In this document: in pieces, positions 57,640 to 64,000 of the stretch
How positions within the stretch are numbered: the stretch's first letter is position 1
Layout: the number at the start of each line of letters is the position of its first letter
Position numbers and translations under genes: made by a program
Notes under the pieces: generated by a model
What the model was told of the DNA's origin: nothing
Seen by the model: the letters and a program-made list of their open reading frames with translations, nothing else
Databases searched by the model: none
NCBI GenBank assembly: GCA_041658645.1
Contig: JBAZZV010000002.1
Coordinates: forward strand, 107,907-171,906
Direction of reading: 5' to 3'
DNA length: 64,000 bases
Origin: Candidatus Margulisiibacteriota bacterium
Lineage (GTDB): Bacteria; Margulisbacteria; WOR-1; O2-12-FULL-45-9; XYB2-FULL-48-7

Positions 57640-57896
57640 TGTTTAAGTACCACCTCGAAATAACATCCGGCGCTGAAAAAGAACTCAAAAAATACCCCTC
57701 CAAACTTCAGGACCGGATCATTAAGAAAATATTAAACCTGGAAGAAAACCCTCGGCCTTATGGGTTTAAGAAATTGTTCGGCTCAAATAATTTTCGCGTA
57801 AGAATGGGCGATTACAGGATCATTTATGCTATTGATGACGCAAGAAGAACAGCAAAGATCATTGACCTAGGGCATCGGAAAGATATTTATCGCTGA
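57639..57896 (+). CDS. RelE/ParE-family toxin
   Basis: 85 aa; KKILNLEENPRPYGFKKL...FRVRMGDYRIIYAIDD..AKIIDLGHRKDIY typical RelE/StbE. Confidence 0.7.
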   Translation: MFKYHLEITSGAEKELKKYPSKLQDRIIKKILNLEENPRPYGFKKLFGSNNFRVRMGDYRIIYAIDDARRTAKIIDLGHRKDIYR

Positions 57897-59194
57897 AACC
57901 AGGCTTTACTTCCCCCTAAGGCTTCCGAGGAAATCTTCATCGCGCAGAACTCACCGCACATGGAGCACGTGTCCTGCCCTGTGTTCCGTGCTCCGTGTTC
58001 CATTTTCCGTGCTCTTTTCTCATGGATCTTCTTGGCTTTCACCGGATCGATCGCTAACTGGATCTGTTTTCCCCAATTCAAACTTTTCCGCGCCTTGGAC
58101 ATCGCCCTATCCCACTCGATCGCTCCGGGTATCCCATTGGCTATATCGGCGCAGTGAGCGGCGATCCGGGAAGCGATCACCCCTTCTTTGACATCGGCCG
58201 GTTCCGGTAAACCGAGATGTTCGGTCGGAGTAACGTAACAAAGGAAATGAGCGCCGGAGACCGCCGCCAACGTCCCGCCAATCGCGGCGGTAATATGGTC
58301 ATAACCGGGGGCGACATCGGTCGGCAGAGGACCGAGAACGTAGAAGGGCGCGCCAGAGCAATATTTCTTTTGCATTTTCATCTGGGCGACGATCTGGTTA
58401 TAAGGAACATGTCCCGGCCCTTCGATGATCACCTGCACTCCGGCCCGCCAGGCCAGTTTAGTCAGTTGGCCGAGGATCTTGAGCTCTTTGATCTGGGCGG
58501 CATCACCGGCGTCAACGACCGAACCCGGACGCATCCCGTCACCCAGAGAAAGAGTGACATCGTACTGCGCGGCGATCTCGAGCAGGCGGTCATAGTGTTC
58601 ATAAAACGGGTTTTCCTGGTCATTGTCAATTATCCACTTCATCAGCAACGCCCCGCCCCGGGAAACAACTTCCATCAAACGAGGATGTTTCTTCAACTCG
58701 GCAACCGAAGCCCGGGTCACCCCACAATGGACCGTCATAAAATCGACCCCTTCTTTGGCCTGGGCCTCCACGACCGAGAACATCCCATCGACGGTCATTT
58801 TCTTTTCGACCACCGCCTGGTAGATCGGCACCGTGCCGACCGGGACCGGACAAGCCGCCATGATCGCCTTTCTCGTCGCGTTGATATTCCCGCCGGTCGA
58901 CAGGTCCATGATCGCGTCGGTCTTGGCCGCCAGGGCCGCTTTGAGCTTTTTGAGCTCTGTCTTTAAATGAGGATAATCGGCGGAGGTCCCGATATTGGCG
59001 TTAACCTTGGTCCGCAAACCTTGGCCGATCCCGGTCGGGCGGCAATTTTTGTGCCGTGGATTATAGGGAATAGAGAGTGTCCCTTGGGCTAAACCTTTGA
59101 GGATCTCCGCGGGGGAACAGCTTTCATCTTTAGCGACCGCTTTCATCTGCGGCGTGACCACCCCCTTCAGCGCGGCCTGGCGTTGGGTAGCCAT
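57887..59194 (-). CDS. thiC: Phosphomethylpyrimidine synthase
   Basis: 435 aa ThiC; C-terminal CSMCGEFCA cluster motif. Confidence 0.9.
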   Translation of the reverse strand: MATQRQAALKGVVTPQMKAVAKDESCSPAEILKGLAQGTLSIPYNPRHKNCRPTGIGQGLRTKVNANIGTSADYPHLKTELKKLKAALAAKTDAIMDLSTGGNINATRKAIMAACPVPVGTVPIYQAVVEKKMTVDGMFSVVEAQAKEGVDFMTVHCGVTRASVAELKKHPRLMEVVSRGGALLMKWIIDNDQENPFYEHYDRLLEIAAQYDVTLSLGDGMRPGSVVDAGDAAQIKELKILGQLTKLAWRAGVQVIIEGPGHVPYNQIVAQMKMQKKYCSGAPFYVLGPLPTDVAPGYDHITAAIGGTLAAVSGAHFLCYVTPTEHLGLPEPADVKEGVIASRIAAHCADIANGIPGAIEWDRAMSKARKSLNWGKQIQLAIDPVKAKKIHEKRARKMEHGARNTGQDTCSMCGEFCAMKISSEALGGSKAWFQR

Positions 59195-59715
59195 TATTTC
59201 CTGAATTCGACCGGTTCTTCCGGAGGTCTCGCCTCTCGGGCCAATTTCATCGCTAGGACCACGGCTTCGGCAGCAGTGTTCGCCCGCCGGACCTCTTTGT
59301 CCATTTGGCCGTTATGGTGGATGAACTGCCAGGTGTTGAGCCCAACGACCGGTATCTTGTAACCAAGGGCAAAAGCGATCTCTGAAAGTGTCCCGTAAAA
59401 GCCTCCGACAGCTATCACCACGTGGCCCGTTTTAATGACCAGTTTATTCCTCGCATAACCGATCCCAGTGATGATCGGGTAATCTATGTAAGGATTGGCG
59501 TCTTCCCGGCGGCTGCCGGGTAAAATACCGATAGTCGTGCCGCCAGCCGACTTGGCCCCTTTGGCGGCCGACTCCATAACACCTTTTAATCCGCCGCAAA
59601 CGAGCACCGCGCCGGCCCTGGCAATTTCGGCCCCCACCTCTTCGGCCAGTTTGGCGATCTCCGGGGACGCGTGGCTTTCGCCCACAACCGAGATAAAGAT
59701 CTTCTTGTTGTTCAT
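59194..59715 (-). CDS. TIGR00725/LOG-family Rossmann protein (start trimmed to MNNKKIF)
   Basis: GGxGxMEAxxxGA-like nucleotide-binding pattern (VCGGLKGVMESAAKGAKSAGGTTIGILP); the longer ORF extension lacks an RBS. Confidence 0.6.
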   Translation of the reverse strand: MNNKKIFISVVGESHASPEIAKLAEEVGAEIARAGAVLVCGGLKGVMESAAKGAKSAGGTTIGILPGSRREDANPYIDYPIITGIGYARNKLVIKTGHVVIAVGGFYGTLSEIAFALGYKIPVVGLNTWQFIHHNGQMDKEVRRANTAAEAVVLAMKLAREARPPEEPVEFRK

Positions 59716-59739
59716 TCCCTGTTCCTCGGGAAAGATTAT

Positions 59740-59758
59740 AACATATTCCCGATATGTT
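59740..59758. promoter_or_regulatory. Palindrome AACATAT-N5-ATATGTT in a 58 nt divergent intergenic region
   Basis: Perfect 7 bp inverted repeat overlapping the candidate -10 of the LOG-like/thiC transcription unit. Confidence 0.3.
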
Positions 59759-59773
59759 AAGATATCAGCTAAT

Positions 59774-60709
59774 ATGGAAAATTTGTCCGAGCTGGCCCTG
59801 CCGGAGCTCACCGCCGCGACCGGGCTTAAGCCGGCGGCGGCCAAGAAACTTTTCCGCTCTTTCCACCAAGGCTTCGCCGCTACTTCGCCGCTGGCCGTTG
59901 ACCGGGAAGAAAAGTCCGGCGGCGTGATTAAAACCCGCTTCCGCCTGACGGACGGAGCGCGCATCGAATCGGTCTTCATGGACTGGGGAAAAGATAAAAA
60001 GTTTGTCTGCGTCTCCGCCCAGGCCGGCTGTCCGATCGGCTGTCGTTTTTGCGCGACCGGCCAGATGGGCTTCAAGCGAAATCTAACGGTTGGCGAGATC
60101 ATCACCCAGGTCTACTACTTTGCCAAAACCGAGAAAGTAACCAACCTGGTCTTTATGGGGATGGGTGAACCGTTCCTCAATTATGACCGGGTGATGAATG
60201 CGGTCAAGCTGTTAAACAGCGAGCTCGGCCAAAATATCGCCGCCCGCAAGATGGTCGTTTCAACCATCGGGATCGTCCCCGGGATCAGGCAGTTCGCGGC
60301 CGAACTGCAAACTTTAAAATTAGCCTGGTCGCTCGCCGCCCCAAATGACCAGCTGCGCCACGAACTGATCCCCTATCCCGGCTTGCCGTCAATTGACGAA
60401 ACAATTGCCGCGATCAAAGATTATCAAAAAATCACCAAGCAGAGAATAACGATCGAATATGTCCTGCTCAAAGGGATAAATGACGGCGCAAACGACCTGA
60501 ATGAACTATATCGAATTTCGCAAACGCTCGACAGCCACATCAACCTGATCCAGTATAATCCTTCGCCGGGGCTACCCTTGGCGGCCGGGGACGTCGAGCT
60601 CGCCCGCGCCCGCCTGAAGGGTCTGCGGGCCAACGTCACTATCCGCCGGAGCCTGGGCAGGGAAATATCAGCCGCCTGTGGCCAGCTTGCCACTGTTATG
60701 ATAAAATAA
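59774..60709 (+). CDS. rlmN: 23S rRNA/tRNA A2503 C2 methyltransferase RlmN/Cfr-family radical SAM
   Basis: [27 protein letters not shown] terminal Cys. Confidence 0.8.
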   Translation: MENLSELALPELTAATGLKPAAAKKLFRSFHQGFAATSPLAVDREEKSGGVIKTRFRLTDGARIESVFMDWGKDKKFVCVSAQAGCPIGCRFCATGQMGFKRNLTVGEIITQVYYFAKTEKVTNLVFMGMGEPFLNYDRVMNAVKLLNSELGQNIAARKMVVSTIGIVPGIRQFAAELQTLKLAWSLAAPNDQLRHELIPYPGLPSIDETIAAIKDYQKITKQRITIEYVLLKGINDGANDLNELYRISQTLDSHINLIQYNPSPGLPLAAGDVELARARLKGLRANVTIRRSLGREISAACGQLATVMIK

Positions 60710-60714
60710 ACCAT

Positions 60715-62010
60715 ATGAGCCAGACGATCTCTCAAAAAATCCTCGCCAAGCACGCCGGCAAGAAAACCGTTCAACCCGGCGAATTGATCAATTGCAAAGT
60801 CGACCTGGTCCTCGGCAACGACATTACCGCCCCGACGGCGATCAAGGAATTCGAAAAGATCGGCGTCAGCAAAGTATTCGACAAAAAAAAGATCTATCTG
60901 GTCCCGGACCATTTCACTCCGGCGAAAGATATCAAATCAGCCGAGCAGGTCAAGATGATGCGCAAGTTCGCCCACAAATACGGCATCGTCAATTTCTTTG
61001 AGATCGGCTGTATGGGGATCGAGCATGCCCTTCTCCCCGAAATGGGCGCGATCAGACCCGGCGACCTGATCATCGGCGCCGATTCCCACACCTGCACTTA
61101 TGGCGCGTTAGGAGCCTTCTCGACCGGCGTCGGCTCAACCGATATGGCGGCCGCCATGGCTACCGGCGAGGTCTGGTTCAAAGTGCCGGAGCAATTAAAG
61201 TTTATCTATCGCGGCAAATTGAACAAGTGGGTCGAAGCCAAAGACCTGATCCTCTACACTATCGGCCAGATCGGGGTCGACGGCGCGCGCTATATGTCGA
61301 TGGAGTTCACCGGCCCGGTCATTAAAGCTCTCTCGGTTGAGGGCCGCCTGACTATGGCTAACATGGCGATCGAAGCCGGCGGGAAAAATGGTATATTTGA
61401 GGTTGATGGAAAAACAATAGAATATCTAAAAAGTCATGGAGGTCTAAAGATCTCCGCTACATCAAAAAAAGTAGCGGCGACCTTTAGGTCGCCATACAAA
61501 TCCGACCCGGACGCTGAATACAAACAAGTTTATGAGTGGGACATTTCCAAGATCGAACCGCAAGTCTCCTTCCCTCATCTACCGTCAAACACCAAGCCAG
61601 TCAGCAAATGCGGCCACGTTAAGATCGACCAGTCAGTCATCGGCTCCTGCACCAACGGCCGGATCGAAGATATGCGGGTCGCGGCTAAAGTCCTCAAAGG
61701 GAAAAAAGTCCACCCCAATGTCCGCCTGATCATCCTCCCAGCCACGCAAAAGATCGAGCTCCAGATGATCAAGGAAGGCTTGACGGAACTATTCATCAAA
61801 GCCGGCGCCGCGGTCTCGACCCCGACCTGTGGCCCCTGCCTCGGCGGGCATATGGGCATTCTGGCTGAAGGCGAAAGATCGATCGCGACTACTAATAGAA
61901 ATTTTGTCGGGCGAATGGGCCATCCGAAATCAGAAGTTTATCTTTCTAACGTGGCGGTGGCGGCGGCCAGCGCGGTCTTAGGCTTTATCGGCAGTCCCGA
62001 AAACCTCTAA
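60715..62010 (+). CDS. Aconitase-family large subunit (3-isopropylmalate/homoaconitate dehydratase LeuC-like)
   Basis: 431 aa; GSCTNGR, CGPCLG cluster ligands. Confidence 0.75.
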   Translation: MSQTISQKILAKHAGKKTVQPGELINCKVDLVLGNDITAPTAIKEFEKIGVSKVFDKKKIYLVPDHFTPAKDIKSAEQVKMMRKFAHKYGIVNFFEIGCMGIEHALLPEMGAIRPGDLIIGADSHTCTYGALGAFSTGVGSTDMAAAMATGEVWFKVPEQLKFIYRGKLNKWVEAKDLILYTIGQIGVDGARYMSMEFTGPVIKALSVEGRLTMANMAIEAGGKNGIFEVDGKTIEYLKSHGGLKISATSKKVAATFRSPYKSDPDAEYKQVYEWDISKIEPQVSFPHLPSNTKPVSKCGHVKIDQSVIGSCTNGRIEDMRVAAKVLKGKKVHPNVRLIILPATQKIELQMIKEGLTELFIKAGAAVSTPTCGPCLGGHMGILAEGERSIATTNRNFVGRMGHPKSEVYLSNVAVAAASAVLGFIGSPENL

Positions 62011-62778
62011 TTGCTTCACGAGGTTGATCTCCGGATTTTTCATCCGCTGAAAGGCATACGCGATCTGTTTGTCCAATCCGCTAATGAATTTATCGTAAGC
62101 TATTCGATCTGAACTGCCGGCAAATCCCGCAATATTATCGATCAGGTAATTGGTTAATCCGATGACCATTTCCCTCTGGTATAAATAGGAAAAAGCATCC
62201 CGCCCCTCCTGGCTGATCGGCAAACCTTTGGCTATAGCCAATTGCCCGACCTTGACCCGGCCGATAAGTTGGGCCAGCGGCCAGTGCAGAAGCTGTCCAG
62301 GCAGAGGTTGTCCCAATTCGGCCAAAGGATGCAAAAAGATAGTCGTCTGAAATTTGGTTTTGAGATACTCCGGCGCGCTGGCGAGAAAAGTTTTAATTTC
62401 CTCCGAAGCACAGCCAGCCATGGAAAGCTCGAAACCGGCGGCCCAGCCCTCTTTTGCCAAGAACGGCAGGAAAACCAACGACGAACAATAACGATTAAAA
62501 TCCTGCTCGAACTTTTCGCCCGCCACGGAAAAAGGGGCGCAGACCGCTTCGGGGACCAGTGAGTTATAGGTCAGCACGGCCGAATTATGGTATCTCATTA
62601 ATAAGTGGATGTCGTTCATATCCGGCCGGCAGGCGAAGTCGTCCTGTGTTTTAATCGCCTTTGGGTCGCGAATAACCTGTGAAAGCGTTACCGGTTGACC
62701 CTGCGGATGCAATTGATAAGGCCCGATCCTGGGACCCAGGCTACCGGCCCGTATTGGTTTTAATAGCGCGTCTGCCAC
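61978..62778 (-). CDS. Hypothetical protein, paralog of the 62864-63769 product
   Basis: Shared blocks [13 protein letters not shown] / SLPARLGNLHLYP and PFSVAGEKF / PFKVAGDEY. Confidence 0.35.
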   Translation of the reverse strand: MADALLKPIRAGSLGPRIGPYQLHPQGQPVTLSQVIRDPKAIKTQDDFACRPDMNDIHLLMRYHNSAVLTYNSLVPEAVCAPFSVAGEKFEQDFNRYCSSLVFLPFLAKEGWAAGFELSMAGCASEEIKTFLASAPEYLKTKFQTTIFLHPLAELGQPLPGQLLHWPLAQLIGRVKVGQLAIAKGLPISQEGRDAFSYLYQREMVIGLTNYLIDNIAGFAGSSDRIAYDKFISGLDKQIAYAFQRMKNPEINLVKQLEVFGTADKA

Positions 62779-62863
62779 ACAGTTTCATCGGCCGCAGACA
62801 AGAAGAATTTCAATTGAATATTAAATATGCAGATTATCGAGGTCGTTGATGATATCCCGGCAG

Positions 62864-63769
62864 CTAATTACTCCCGCCGGTTTGCCTGCCCGCCATGAGC
62901 ACCGGGAAGATGATTTGTTGATTCTTCCACAAAGATTCTTTCACTTCATTCATGGTCAGTTGCAAAAACATTATTTCCGCCCCTTTTATTTGACCCGTCG
63001 CACCTTCGATTAAATGATTAGTAAAGTTAAGACGTTGCAGCTGGTCTTTAAAAGGCTCCGTTTCGCAAATTGAGGGGTCTCTTTCCATCAGATTCAACAT
63101 TAGTTTTTGGGTCATATCGACTTGATACATCCACGCCGCGCAATTTCTGGCCACTTGGCCGAAATGAGCCGTGGTGAAACCGAGCTCCTCGACCTGCCGA
63201 TTGATCTTCAGCCGTCCCAGCAACCAACTTAAATCCCAGTAAAGCTCATCTCCAGGAATGGGAAGATCCGGGGAATCAAAACAATTGAGGAGAATAGTGT
63301 GGTTAGGGTCACGGATCTCCGCTTGGCTGGCAAAATCATTTATTTGGCTTTGATCGCAATTCAGCATTAAAGGCTCAAAGCCCGGCAACCGGAATTCCTG
63401 TCCCTCCCCGGTTATAATGATTGACCTAAGAAAAACGACTGCCGCCGCAAATTTTTTCAAGTCGTCTAAATACTCGTCTCCCGCCACTTTAAAAGGCGCG
63501 GTTACGGTCGCCGGCAGCGCCACGCCTTCAACGATGACCCCGACAGCGCGTTGAACGATCAGGGCTTGAATTCCTTCCATCGGCGGCCGAACATCGATCG
63601 CTTCGCGGAGAACTTTCGGCCGACCGGGAGCCACTTGAGCCAACTCGACTCGGCCGTTCTGCGCCGGATACAAATGGAGATTGCCTAAACGAGCGGGCAG
63701 ACTGCCGGCCGAACAAGGCCTGAAAAATACTTTAACATCAGAACTCAAATTGATACCCCCAACGATCAA
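62864..63769 (-). CDS. Hypothetical protein, paralog of the 61978-62778 product
   Basis: See above. Confidence 0.35.
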   Translation of the reverse strand: MIVGGINLSSDVKVFFRPCSAGSLPARLGNLHLYPAQNGRVELAQVAPGRPKVLREAIDVRPPMEGIQALIVQRAVGVIVEGVALPATVTAPFKVAGDEYLDDLKKFAAAVVFLRSIIITGEGQEFRLPGFEPLMLNCDQSQINDFASQAEIRDPNHTILLNCFDSPDLPIPGDELYWDLSWLLGRLKINRQVEELGFTTAHFGQVARNCAAWMYQVDMTQKLMLNLMERDPSICETEPFKDQLQRLNFTNHLIEGATGQIKGAEIMFLQLTMNEVKESLWKNQQIIFPVLMAGRQTGGSN

Positions 63770-63841
63770 AGTACGGAAGAACCTATTTAGTTGTCGGGGG
63801 ATAAGCCGGAGAATTTCAGCCTTTTAGGCGGATTTAAGAAG

Positions 63842-64000
63842 TTAGCTCGGGTCGAAGCCTGAATCGACCAGGGCATCGGTCAAATCAAGATTTAGTTCCC
63901 AGCAATTCTGATAACGGCGGGCGGGATCGCGGTCTATCATCTTACCGATGATCGGTCGTAGTTTTTCCGGCAGTTTGGCCAGATCGGGAATCATCGTGCC
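63842..64000 (-). CDS. C-terminal fragment of a Hanks-type Ser/Thr protein kinase (gene begins beyond window end)
   Basis: Reverse translation IPDLAKLPEKLRPIIGKMIDRDPARRYQNCWELNLDL resembles kinase subdomain XI. Confidence 0.4.
   Translation of the reverse strand, partial: GTMIPDLAKLPEKLRPIIGKMIDRDPARRYQNCWELNLDLTDALVDSGFDPS

Noticed and set aside
59195-59320. Expected TPP riboswitch upstream of thiC
   Set aside because: thiC start abuts the LOG-like gene with no leader. The only upstream non-coding stretch (59716-59773) is too short and lacks the conserved CUGAGA/ACCUGA elements. No riboswitch is called.
59495-59773. N-terminal extension of rlmN, and the 59716-60105 extension of the LOG-like ORF
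   Set aside because: The two extensions are mutually antisense low-complexity translations of the intergenic region and the neighbouring gene. Internal Met starts (MENLSEL, MNNKKIF) give normal protein lengths.

Overview
This 64 kb window comes from a bacterial chromosome of roughly 55% GC. Most genes are housekeeping and nearly all read on the minus strand. The backbone includes mntH-like NRAMP, mgtE, a P-type ATPase, dprA, scpAB, trpS, a PBP3-like transpeptidase, holA, lepA, hemW, a CIRCE-controlled hrcA-grpE-dnaK-dnaJ operon, rsmE, L25/Ctc, mrdA-mreDCB, folC, xerC/D-like, thiL, thiC, rlmN and leuC-like. Three AT-rich accessory patches interrupt this backbone: about 11.4-12.6 kb, about 15.7-24.2 kb (the main hotspot, threaded with seven tRNA genes), and about 53.7-57.9 kb. 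Six unusual things stand out. (1) A full-length LexA repressor is fused in frame to a beta-class N6A/N4C DNA methyltransferase. It is convergent with, and overlaps, a PD-(D/E)xK-like nuclease gene, which suggests an SOS-coupled restriction-modification-like module. (2) An approximately 80 nt double-hairpin element occurs three times. Each copy sits exactly inside the T-loop (GTTC | AAAT/GAT) of a degenerate tRNA-Thr or tRNA-Asp fragment next to real tRNA genes. Two direct copies bracket a 4.7 kb AT-rich island of small membrane/secreted proteins and a possible HEPN-like Zn-ribbon protein. (3) A four-helix-bundle protein gene of the family normally found in 23S rRNA intervening sequences sits between grpE and dnaK. 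It is bounded by perfect 29 bp inverted repeats, so it looks like an IVS-like cassette in an mRNA operon. (4) A TIR-bounded hairpin MITE is inserted in frame into hemW, and a second copy overlaps the folC start. (5) Cyanobacterial STRR-like heptanucleotide tandem arrays occur, including in-frame arrays inside dprA, thiL and hemW. (6) A family of paralogous Gly-rich secreted proteins shows an approximately 600 bp near-identical block spanning coding and non-coding sequence, consistent with gene conversion. All functional calls rest on motifs I could read by eye. No database searches were run.
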